Below are positions 55,640 to 64,000 of a stretch of 64,000 nucleotides of DNA, piece after piece (the first letter of the stretch is position 1; every line of letters starts with the position of its first letter). Location of the stretch: the IMG/VR virus record IMGVR_UViG_3300037424_000485, positions 128,001 to 192,000 of that record. The stretch is one strand, 5' to 3'. Made by a program: the position numbers and the translations under genes. Origin of the DNA: a virus (lineage: Duplodnaviria; Caudoviricetes). The notes below the pieces were generated by a model. That model was not told the origin of the DNA. It searched no databases and saw only the letters and a list, made by a program, of their open reading frames with translations.

Positions 55640-56278
55640 TTACGTAGGCCAGCCAGTAGTAATATCATAATTGATAATATCTAAATGGTTTTGAAGAAGA
55701 TTTATGGCTTTACTATGATTATATTCATTTCTAAAGCATTGTTGTACATGAAACCCTACAACATTTGCTATAATTAATGCTGTTGTACTATCTATATCTA
55801 CCCATCCGTCATCACCTTTAAAATTAATTAACTCTGTTGGGTTAAGCTCGATAAACGACTTCAAACCATTGATCATGGCCTGACTACTTCTATCTGTTGA
55901 TATAGTAATACTCCCCCCGCCACTTAATGGCATGGAAAGACCGCTTATTTCTTTTTGATATCTAAATGTTGCTAGTTCTTTTAATTTATAATACCTTATA
56001 GATTCTGTATTAGCCGCTATTTCTTCTGGTGTTAATTCAGTAATAACCCATGAAATTGTCCATATGTCAGATATAAGATGTGGATATGAGCTTGATAAAC
56101 CTTGTGTTGTGGTATCATAGCTTGGAGCACCTGATGAGACTACAGTAAATACATCATAGCTGTTAAGTATTTCTTCTGTTATACTACGAGGAAACGAAAC
56201 ATTAGGGTTGTCTGCATGAAGATCTATAAGGGTATATGGATATTTTTGTATAATTCCGTTATTTGCTTTTAAGTACAT
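55640..56278 (-). CDS. tail-fibre-assembly-like protein (DUF4376-type C-terminus)
   Basis: KLKELATFRYQKEISG...ISTDRSSQ...NFKGDDGWV...VQQCF..E. Confidence 0.7.
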   Translation of the reverse strand: MYLKANNGIIQKYPYTLIDLHADNPNVSFPRSITEEILNSYDVFTVVSSGAPSYDTTTQGLSSSYPHLISDIWTISWVITELTPEEIAANTESIRYYKLKELATFRYQKEISGLSMPLSGGGSITISTDRSSQAMINGLKSFIELNPTELINFKGDDGWVDIDSTTALIIANVVGFHVQQCFRNEYNHSKAINLLQNHLDIINYDITTGWPT

Positions 56279-56292
56279 TTATTCTCTCTCTT

Positions 56293-58557
56293 TTATAAAT
56301 CATATATGTAAGCTTTACCACTGTTTAGATAGCCATCCTCATCCTCCAATGGCGCACCAATAATAACATGTGTATCTGATATAGATACAGTATATCCAAA
56401 CTGATCACCGGTACTTGTTCCGAATGCATTAGGATTGTCTAATGTATGAAGTAAAATACCTGTAGCATTATCATAAATATAAGCTTTACCGCTTGATAAA
56501 CCACCTGCATCGTCTTCTAAATAAGCACCTACAATTGCATAGCTATCTGATATAGCTACAGAATATCCAAACCAATCGTTGGCAGTAGTGCTATATGCAT
56601 TAGGGTTGTCAAGTGTCCACAATAGAGCACCTGTAGCATTATCATAAATATAAGCTTTACCGCTTGATAAACCACCTGCATCGTCTTCTAAATAAGCACC
56701 TACAATTGAATATGTATTAGATATAGCTACGGCCCTACCAAAGCTATCACCAGCACTAGTACCATAAGCATTAGGATTGTCAAGTGTATGAAGCAAAGCA
56801 CCTGTAACATTATCGAAAATATAAGCTTTACCGCTACTTAAACCACCTGCATCGTCTTCTTGATAGGCTCCAACTATTGAATAGTTGCCATGAGTAGAAA
56901 CCGAATATCCAAATCTATCAGCAGCACTAGTTCCATATGGATTTGGATTGTATAGTGTATGAAGTAAAGATCCATTTGTAGTATTGAATATATATGCTCG
57001 TCCACTATCAGCCTGAGTGTCATCTACACCATAAGCACCAACAATAGCATATGAATTTGAAATACTTACTGATCTTCCAAAAAAACCACCTGTACTATAT
57101 GCGTTTAGTGTATGAAGCAAAGCACCTGTAACGCTGTTGTAAATATAAGCTTTACCAGATTGAGTAGATTCATAATGAGCACCAATAATAGCATAAGTAT
57201 CTGATATAGCTACACAATATCCAAAATAATCTTCAGTGCTGGTTCCATAAGCATTAGGATTGTTTAATGTATGGAGTAAAGCACCTGTAGTATTATCATA
57301 AATATAAGCCTTACCGCTTTGTACTCCTCCAGCATCATCCTCTTGATAAGCACTTACAATTGAATAATTATCTGATATATCAACACTATAACCGAATCTA
57401 TCTTCAGTGCTAGTTCCATATGGATTTGGATTGTTTAATATGTTAGAGGGAGCTGATATTATTGTCGGGATTCTATAAATATAAGCTTTACCGCTACTTA
57501 AACCACCAGCATCGTCTTCTAAATAAGCACCTACAATTGCATAGTTGTCTGAGATAAATACAGATCTGCCAAAATAGTCATTAAGGCTAGTGTTATAAGC
57601 ATTAGGGTTATCTAATGTACTAAGCAAAGCACCAGTGGCTGGATTAAAAATATAAGCTTTACCGCTACTTAAACCACCAGCATCATCCTCACCATAAGCA
57701 CCTACAATTGCATAATTATCTGATATAGCTACAGAATATCCAAAGCTATCACCAGCACTAGTGTCATAAGCATTAGGGTTGTCTAGTGTATGAAGCAAAG
57801 TGCCTGTAGCATTATCGAAAATATAAGCTTTACCGCTACTTAAACCACCAGCATCATCCTCACCATAAGCACCTACAATTGCATAATTATCTGATATAGA
57901 TATATCTATCCCGAATTGATCACTAGCAGTAGTGCTATAAGCATTAGGGTTGTCTAATGTCCATAGCAAAGCACCTGTAGATGGATTGTAAATATAAGCT
58001 TTACCACTTGATAATCCACCGGCATCGTCTTCTTGATGTGATCCCACAATAGCATATGTATTAGAGATAGCTACATTCTGACCAAAGTTATCATTAAGGC
58101 TAGTGTCATAAGCATTAGGGTTGTCTAATGTCCATAGCAAAGCACCTGTAGAAGGATTATAGATATAAACCACACCACTGCCAACATCACCAGCAGGGCT
58201 TTTTTCATTATAAGCACCTACAATAGCATAGCTTTCTGATATCCCAACAGAATATCCAAAAACATCAACAGCAGTAGTGCCATATGCATTAGGGTTATCT
58301 AATGTACTAAGCAAAGCACCAGTGGCTGGATTAAAAATATAAGCTTTACCACTTGTCAAGCCACCTGCATCATCCTCACCATAAGCACCTACAATTGCAT
58401 AGCTATCTGATATAGCTATAGAGTATCCAAAGCTATCACCATCACTAGTGTTATAAGCATTAGGGTTGTCTAATGTTTGTGATAGTGTGATATTAATAGG
58501 GGTTTCCGGTAGTGTTTCAGGTATACTACCACACATCATTAAATCTCTATATCCCAT
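56293..58557 (-). CDS. virion protein with 13 FG-GAP-type blades (6+7, tandem propellers)
   Basis: 13 TL(D/N/Y)NP blade starts counted; linker IYRIPTIISAPSN after blade 6. Confidence 0.8.
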   Translation of the reverse strand: MGYRDLMMCGSIPETLPETPINITLSQTLDNPNAYNTSDGDSFGYSIAISDSYAIVGAYGEDDAGGLTSGKAYIFNPATGALLSTLDNPNAYGTTAVDVFGYSVGISESYAIVGAYNEKSPAGDVGSGVVYIYNPSTGALLWTLDNPNAYDTSLNDNFGQNVAISNTYAIVGSHQEDDAGGLSSGKAYIYNPSTGALLWTLDNPNAYSTTASDQFGIDISISDNYAIVGAYGEDDAGGLSSGKAYIFDNATGTLLHTLDNPNAYDTSAGDSFGYSVAISDNYAIVGAYGEDDAGGLSSGKAYIFNPATGALLSTLDNPNAYNTSLNDYFGRSVFISDNYAIVGAYLEDDAGGLSSGKAYIYRIPTIISAPSNILNNPNPYGTSTEDRFGYSVDISDNYSIVSAYQEDDAGGVQSGKAYIYDNTTGALLHTLNNPNAYGTSTEDYFGYCVAISDTYAIIGAHYESTQSGKAYIYNSVTGALLHTLNAYSTGGFFGRSVSISNSYAIVGAYGVDDTQADSGRAYIFNTTNGSLLHTLYNPNPYGTSAADRFGYSVSTHGNYSIVGAYQEDDAGGLSSGKAYIFDNVTGALLHTLDNPNAYGTSAGDSFGRAVAISNTYSIVGAYLEDDAGGLSSGKAYIYDNATGALLWTLDNPNAYSTTANDWFGYSVAISDSYAIVGAYLEDDAGGLSSGKAYIYDNATGILLHTLDNPNAFGTSTGDQFGYTVSISDTHVIIGAPLEDEDGYLNSGKAYIYDL

Positions 58558-60503
58558 TATAAGCTACCTATTGCAGCTACCTGACCATGCCATGTAGTTC
58601 CACCATTATTTGTAGTGAATACTAATATATCAATGCCAGAAGCTGTAAGTGTCGGAGCTATAGCAGAAGGCCATTTAACACCAGGCCAAGTAACCACTGA
58701 TGAACCGCCATTTGTTAAATATAAAACAAAACCGCTCTGTCTTCCAGTAGTAGCAGGATTTGTAAACGCAAATGATGTTGTTGTTGCCACGGTAGCAGTA
58801 ACAACATTACCAAGTGATAAATCAATAGGCTGATTTGCAGCTGCCACACCAATAATATTTACAACCTCTTCTACCTGTTTAAATAAAGGTTTTGTAAGAG
58901 ACTTGTTGGTTAATACTTGGATATCTGTGGTTCCTACAATAACACCACTGGGAGCTACCTTAGTAGAGTCCTTAATTAATTTTCCTGTTATGCCATTAAA
59001 CAAAGGTATTGTTGAATCAAGAGAGGAAGTAGGGCCTGTTACTTTATTATCCAAAGCTGTTTGTACATCTGTTGTTATGGGTAGATTTGTAGCATGATAT
59101 CCATCTAATAAATCTGCATCTAGACCAGATGTACTACCATCGACAGTTTTTATAGCTGTGAGAATTTCTGAAGCTGTTTGGTCGGCTGTGGCACTAGGCT
59201 CGATAAGATTTAATTTAGAAAGAAGAGAATCAGTAAATGCATTTGTATCTGGATTTGCTTCATATAATGTTTTTATCTGAAGTCCATTAAAATCTATATA
59301 GTTTAAGATAATAGACCAGTCGGTTAATGCTACTGGATCATTAATATTGGCAAAAATAAAATCACCAGTATTTAAATTCAAATCAAAGAATGTTCCAGAT
59401 GTTGTTATTGTATATAGATCCCCTGATACTATTCCAGGAATTGGAGATACGTCTAAATCTGGTGTATTTGTAAGGGCATCATAACCACCTTTGAAATGAA
59501 TAGCAGAAACTACAAACTGATCAACATATGTTTTTACGCTTTGTTGTGTTGGTATTTTATTAGCAGTATTTGAGATCATATTGTCTTCATCAATAACAAA
59601 AGACATAAGTGATGCATTTGTACTGTCAAACATTACAGCACCAGCAGCAGATACATTAACTGATCCTGTTACATCAGCAGATACAGATATGGTATCTAAT
59701 TTTTCTTTATCTAATAATGTTAATATAGCATTTGTTGTTCCACTACTGATATTATCTGCATTTGTAGTATCTATATTAACAACATTCCCTAAATCAACAT
59801 CAGATGCAGTTACCTGATGGGGGTTTCCTGATACTAAAGTTGTATGAGTATATGTATTATCCCAATTATTGCTATTGTTAGGTATTACAGAGTAAAAACC
59901 AAAACCATTGGTTATCATTATACCGTCTGATGTAAAATCATAATCTGTTAATATAGCCCCACTAACAGACATCCCTAGAATTTGTTCCTCTAGATCAGTG
60001 GTGAATGATGCAGTTGTAGCTTGTAGAATATCTGAATATGCCTGTATTGTTGTACCTATAAAACTCTCACTAAAAGAATCCCCACTAACAGATAGACTAG
60101 AAATCCACTCAGCTTCAGAGCCTATAAAACCATTGTTTATAGCTATCTCATAAGCACTAATACCATCAGCTCCATCAGCTCCACTAACAGATAGACTAGA
60201 AATCCACTCAGCTTCAGAGCCTATAAAACCATTGTTTATAGCTATCTCATAAGCACTAATACCATCAGCTCCATCAGCTCCACTAACAGATAGACTAGAA
60301 ATCCACTCAGCTTCAGAGCCTATAAAACCATTGTTTATAGCTATCTCATAAGCACTCGAACCTTTCTGACCTATGGTAACAATAGCTGTTATTGTTTCCT
60401 CTATGGTGGTTATAGGTATAGTGTATGTAGGCGGCTCTGTGGCTAGAGGGACTACAACTATAGTTGTGTCTATGGTGGTTATAGGTATGCTTATAGTTGT
60501 CAT
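58557..60503 (-). CDS. fibre/whisker-like protein
   Basis: SAYEIAINNGFIGSEAEWISSL x3; SGLDADLLDG fibre motif; C-terminal DLSLGNV...TNGGS..VTWP.VKWP module. Confidence 0.75.
   Translation of the reverse strand: MTTISIPITTIDTTIVVVPLATEPPTYTIPITTIEETITAIVTIGQKGSSAYEIAINNGFIGSEAEWISSLSVSGADGADGISAYEIAINNGFIGSEAEWISSLSVSGADGADGISAYEIAINNGFIGSEAEWISSLSVSGDSFSESFIGTTIQAYSDILQATTASFTTDLEEQILGMSVSGAILTDYDFTSDGIMITNGFGFYSVIPNNSNNWDNTYTHTTLVSGNPHQVTASDVDLGNVVNIDTTNADNISSGTTNAILTLLDKEKLDTISVSADVTGSVNVSAAGAVMFDSTNASLMSFVIDEDNMISNTANKIPTQQSVKTYVDQFVVSAIHFKGGYDALTNTPDLDVSPIPGIVSGDLYTITTSGTFFDLNLNTGDFIFANINDPVALTDWSIILNYIDFNGLQIKTLYEANPDTNAFTDSLLSKLNLIEPSATADQTASEILTAIKTVDGSTSGLDADLLDGYHATNLPITTDVQTALDNKVTGPTSSLDSTIPLFNGITGKLIKDSTKVAPSGVIVGTTDIQVLTNKSLTKPLFKQVEEVVNIIGVAAANQPIDLSLGNVVTATVATTTSFAFTNPATTGRQSGFVLYLTNGGSSVVTWPGVKWPSAIAPTLTASGIDILVFTTNNGGTTWHGQVAAIGSL
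60082..60357. repeat. 93-bp tandem repeat x3
   Basis: Near-identical DNA units encoding (ADGADGI)SAYEIAINNGFIGSEAEWISSLSVSG. Confidence 0.85.
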
Positions 60504-60504
60504 A

Positions 60505-60861
60505 TTAATATGTTCTGTCTTCTGAGATCTTTATATTGCCTCTTATATATGTCTTAGTAATACCTAGACTATCGGTTGTTTCAAAATCCCAAGTCCATGT
60601 GCCAGCCTCTAGTGGTAGACTCTGTTCAGCAATAGATATCTCCCATGTGTTAGCATCAGTAATAACAATAATGCCATATCCTACTGTTGATATAGATGAG
60701 AATCCATATCCAAGCTTATTGGCTTTATCACGAAAATGTAACCTACAGCTTACTAAAGCATTGGTTGGTGCGACATTATCAAATGTTATAGGGCCTATCT
60801 GAATCCCTGACCATGTATCGCCTCTTACAAAAGGCGGTAGTTCTACAAAAGCTGGTGTCAT
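60505..60861 (-). CDS. small Ig-like structural protein (BppU N-terminal-like)
   Basis: FVRGDTW...WTWDFETTDS.G..KTYIRG.I. Confidence 0.6.
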   Translation of the reverse strand: MTPAFVELPPFVRGDTWSGIQIGPITFDNVAPTNALVSCRLHFRDKANKLGYGFSSISTVGYGIIVITDANTWEISIAEQSLPLEAGTWTWDFETTDSLGITKTYIRGNIKISEDRTY

Positions 60862-60908
60862 AATATTTATCTCTTTTTTAATTTAACTTATTAATATCAA
60901 CTACTTAT

Positions 60909-61709
60909 CTAACCCATAGAAATTCCATACCCCATATGACAATCTTCATCTCTTAGCCTTTCTTCTAATTTTTCAATCATAGTATCAGCTTCAGATATTA
61001 ATTCACTACCATCCAATGAAATACCCTGATTACCAACAGATGCAAAAGAGCTAAATTTTCTTCTTATAATGCCTAGGGTTCTCATAGACAATGCAAATGC
61101 ATAATCTTGTACTGTTTGCTCGCTATATATATCCTCATCTTCAGCTTCTAATTTAAAAACTCTCAGTAGGGCGAATCCAGGACTATCTATATAAATAGGT
61201 TCACCAGCTGATGTATATCCTGTTATGATATAACCACCACTAACAGGTGGAGTAGGGGTGAGTGTTAGTTGGTTTTTAAATTTATTATATGTCCATTGAT
61301 ACTTAGAGTGTACATATCTGCTTAGTGTCTCAAGGAAATCTAGCGCGATATGATATCCAATTAGATCAAATGGATTTTGAATATTTGCCAACATGCCTTG
61401 CGAATAGAAATAGTTTTCAATTGTGAATAATGTATTAATACTACCACCAAAAGACCCGCCGCCTACACCATCGGTATATGCAACAACTTCCTTGATAGAG
61501 GGTAGAAGATCATAGGTGGCCTGTCCACCAGATAGCAGTACAGTTATATATTCCTCCTGTACTGCATTACCTATCGCAACTTTTATAAATCTATCCCTAG
61601 AATAATCAATAGCATCTTCTATTTGTGTATCGGTGAGTTCAACCTTTATGAGTGGAAAACCAAGCCTTCTTTTGATTAATTCTATTAGCTCTGATTTAGT
61701 TATTGTCAT
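60909..61709 (-). CDS. gp13: neck protein gp13-like
   Basis: LIELIKRRLGFPLIKVELTDTQIEDAID...LGIIRRKFS..G..I.LDG.EL; TATAAATA upstream. Confidence 0.9.
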   Translation of the reverse strand: MTITKSELIELIKRRLGFPLIKVELTDTQIEDAIDYSRDRFIKVAIGNAVQEEYITVLLSGGQATYDLLPSIKEVVAYTDGVGGGSFGGSINTLFTIENYFYSQGMLANIQNPFDLIGYHIALDFLETLSRYVHSKYQWTYNKFKNQLTLTPTPPVSGGYIITGYTSAGEPIYIDSPGFALLRVFKLEAEDEDIYSEQTVQDYAFALSMRTLGIIRRKFSSFASVGNQGISLDGSELISEADTMIEKLEERLRDEDCHMGYGISMG

Positions 61710-61754
61710 GTTATTTTTCCTATATAAATATATCTTCTAGTATTTATATAAATA

Positions 61755-63293
61755 TTAGTTTTTTGTTAGCCAGCTCCAATCATCATCTCTCCCATCTATA
61801 AAGTCAGTTAGCAACCCCCAACCATCATCTTCTGTTAGTTCGTTGGCTTTAAACTCAAATTTTTCATCTAAAATGTCCATTTCTAAGAGAAAAATAGCCC
61901 AATATAGTGCGGAAACTAAGTCATCATCAATATTAGCACCGCCAAATTTGTTATGACCCTTATCTTGGAAATCTGTTAATTGTCTAACAGTTTCCATATC
62001 AACCAATTCAATACTATCATCTTCTATTAATTTCTTCATAAGAAGAACAGCTCTTGGTTTTGTATTTCCTGTAGCTCTAATTCCTAATTTAGATTCTTTA
62101 GAACCTTCGTTAATAAGATTTGGATTTTCATAATCCCACCATAATTTCATAACAACAGGAGCACCCTCACCATTATTCTCACACATGATATGTGCATTAT
62201 TATAATAGTAACAAGTCCTATTAACAATCTCAGAAAAGGTGTATGTATCTGTAAAATTATTTTCAAATACAGCTACTTGTTTCATTTTAATAGGTTTTGT
62301 ACTGTCTATTCGTAATACCTGTATGGTTGAATAATGCTCACCAGTACCCTTTGCAACATCAACACCCAAACAATACATGGCACCGGGAACAGGCTTTTCA
62401 TAAACTCTAAATTTGTTATTAAGATCATACGTTTCTGGCTCTGGGTAGTGTCGTTTCAATAACACTTCTAATACATTAGAATCAATAACAGTGTTAGAAC
62501 TACCAATAAAATTTACCATCATTTCTTGTGCAAATTTTAATTTACCCAAAACACCTAATTGTTCTTTAGCCCATTCATCATCTCTATCTGGATGTGCTGT
62601 CCAATCATATTTTATACATTTAAATGCATTTGTCCCATTTTCAGCCCCTGTATATAATTTATGGAATGTATTAAACATACCTTGTGGTGTTGAAATAATA
62701 ATAACCTTTGCAGTCTTTGATGATGATATTGTGGGCCAGTTGGAAGTCCAAAATGAATCTGCTCTTGGAGCAAATGCCATCTCATCTAAAATTAAAAGAG
62801 CAAATGTACTACCCCTGAATGCACTATCACTGGTAGCAGATACTTTTATTTCTGAATGATTTTCAAACTCTACTGCTGTTTCTGCCCATTTAACAACCCC
62901 AGGTTTTATCCAAACTGGTAGGAGTTCATACATATTTTTCAATTTCTTTAAAAAATCTATTGCTGATTTTTCTTTATTTGAAGCTATACCTATAACTCTA
63001 TCATTATGAAATATAGCAAACCATAATGCATATGCAGAAACAAGAATAGACTTCCCTTGTTGACGTGCAACCATTGCGATAGAAAATCTATTGGATATGA
63101 AGTGTTTTAATAGGTTTTTTTGAAAATCATATAATTCAAATAAAATTTTACCTTTGTCAACAGAAACTATATAAATATAGTTCTCAATGAAGTATAATGG
63201 ATCTTTTTTACACCTAACTAACTCTTTAATCTGGTGGGAAGTATATTCGTGCTCTACATCACATGGTTTTACAAAATCTACATTCTTAGCCAT
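61755..63293 (-). CDS. gp17: terminase large subunit gp17-like
   Basis: ARQQGKS Walker A, LLILDEMAF Walker B, ISTPQG, GVDVAKGTG.DYS-like nuclease motif, DDLVSAL. Confidence 0.95.
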   Translation of the reverse strand: MAKNVDFVKPCDVEHEYTSHQIKELVRCKKDPLYFIENYIYIVSVDKGKILFELYDFQKNLLKHFISNRFSIAMVARQQGKSILVSAYALWFAIFHNDRVIGIASNKEKSAIDFLKKLKNMYELLPVWIKPGVVKWAETAVEFENHSEIKVSATSDSAFRGSTFALLILDEMAFAPRADSFWTSNWPTISSSKTAKVIIISTPQGMFNTFHKLYTGAENGTNAFKCIKYDWTAHPDRDDEWAKEQLGVLGKLKFAQEMMVNFIGSSNTVIDSNVLEVLLKRHYPEPETYDLNNKFRVYEKPVPGAMYCLGVDVAKGTGEHYSTIQVLRIDSTKPIKMKQVAVFENNFTDTYTFSEIVNRTCYYYNNAHIMCENNGEGAPVVMKLWWDYENPNLINEGSKESKLGIRATGNTKPRAVLLMKKLIEDDSIELVDMETVRQLTDFQDKGHNKFGGANIDDDLVSALYWAIFLLEMDILDEKFEFKANELTEDDGWGLLTDFIDGRDDDWSWLTKN

Positions 63294-63634
63294 CAGTCTA
63301 CATTCCCACCTAAATCTCTAACATTTTGTTTCATGTCAGCCACCTGTTGTTGTAGCCTATTCTTCATTACCTTTTCAACATCTGTAGCAACGCCCATTTG
63401 TTCTTTAAGAGAGTATTCAAATATGGTATTTTCTTTTTCCCTGATATCTTTCTTCTCTTGAACGATCTGATATTCCACCATATCACCAGCATGGACATAT
63501 CTACTATCAATCCAGAATATTGATCCTATTATGAATGTTATAATTGCTATGACTCCTGTTATTGATTTGATAGGATTCTCCTTTATATTTTTCCATGCTA
63601 CAGAGCTTGTAGATGGTATTACATCATCACCCAT
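63293..63634 (-). CDS. single-TM coiled-coil membrane protein
   Basis: One hydrophobic helix (ITGVIAIITFIIGSIFWI) followed by a charged coiled coil. Confidence 0.6.
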   Translation of the reverse strand: MGDDVIPSTSSVAWKNIKENPIKSITGVIAIITFIIGSIFWIDSRYVHAGDMVEYQIVQEKKDIREKENTIFEYSLKEQMGVATDVEKVMKNRLQQQVADMKQNVRDLGGNVD

Positions 63635-63644
63635 TTTTACCTCC

Positions 63645-64000
63645 TTATAGGCCAGTTTTTAGTATTGTGTTGCATATAGGCCCTCTTGATTTAGAACCTT
63701 GTAATACAATGTGACCATAGTTAGGTTGTCCTTTAAGCATACGAACTACCCAATTAAGGCCATTATTTTCCGTATTCAAATGGCTATTATCTACTTGGTT
63801 TGTATCCCCGTTAATAATACATTTAACATTTTCACCCATACGTGTCATAATAGTCCTAATTTGGATTCTACTGAAATTCTGAGCCTCTTCTATGATGACT
63901 ATCGCATTATCGATATTCATGCCTCTCATGTGGTTAATTGGAATAAATTCAATGTATTTGGGGTTAAGGATAGCATTACCATTCTGAATATCTAAAAATA
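63645..64000 (-). CDS. phoH: PhoH-family protein, C-terminal part (open at window end)
   Basis: IEFIPINHMRG.NIDNAIVIIEEAQN...TRMGE..K..INGDTNQVD; frame open to 63998. Confidence 0.9.
   Translation of the reverse strand, partial: FLDIQNGNAILNPKYIEFIPINHMRGMNIDNAIVIIEEAQNFSRIQIRTIMTRMGENVKCIINGDTNQVDNSHLNTENNGLNWVVRMLKGQPNYGHIVLQGSKSRGPICNTILKTGL

Noticed and set aside
23956-58557. Diversity-generating retroelement behind the FG-GAP variability
   Set aside because: No reverse transcriptase in the window, all repeats are coding, and differences are not visibly restricted to adenine positions; an RT elsewhere in the genome cannot be excluded.
63293-63634. Small terminase (gp16) call for the gene upstream of gp17
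   Set aside because: It has a transmembrane helix and lacks gp16 features; position alone is not enough.
925-63995. Plus-strand track ORFs antisense to annotated genes (e.g. 6395..6841, 10250..10636, 11395..11826, 37565..38311)
   Set aside because: They are reverse-complement shadows of minus-strand genes, lack RBSs and show no recognisable protein motifs.

Overview
The window is 64 kb of an AT-rich, large T4-like (myovirus) phage genome; the host cannot be determined from the sequence. Almost everything is on the minus strand and the standard genetic code is used. About 1-11 kb is an RNA island: about 15 recognisable tRNA genes, several decayed tRNA relics and at least five structured non-tRNA RNAs, interspersed with small ORFs, a YqeY protein and an Rnl2-type RNA ligase. 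About 11-23.6 kb holds replication and nucleotide genes (gp32 SSB, possible gp59-like loader, intein-containing glycosyltransferase, HNH nuclease, intein-containing and frameshifted thymidylate synthase) and a small ArfA-like ORF missed by the ORF track. About 23.7-63.6 kb is the tail/baseplate/neck module (fibres, gp55 late sigma, gp7-like, gp6, gp25, gp5, gp27, gp53, gp48, tape measure, gp26/gp51-like chaperone pair, tube, sheath, gp3, gp15, gp14, gp13, large terminase), with four free-standing endonuclease genes inserted; a partial phoH ends the window. Most notable: tRNA-mimic and other unassigned structured RNAs; three virion proteins carrying 27 FG-GAP-type propeller blades with shared DNA cassettes; an endonuclease flanked by a perfect 48-bp duplication of the gp6 translation start; -1 slippery sites in the tail chaperone and inside the thyA intein; apparent leaderless late genes; and a lone plus-strand consensus promoter with origin-like features. 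All family assignments are by motif recognition; no database search was run.
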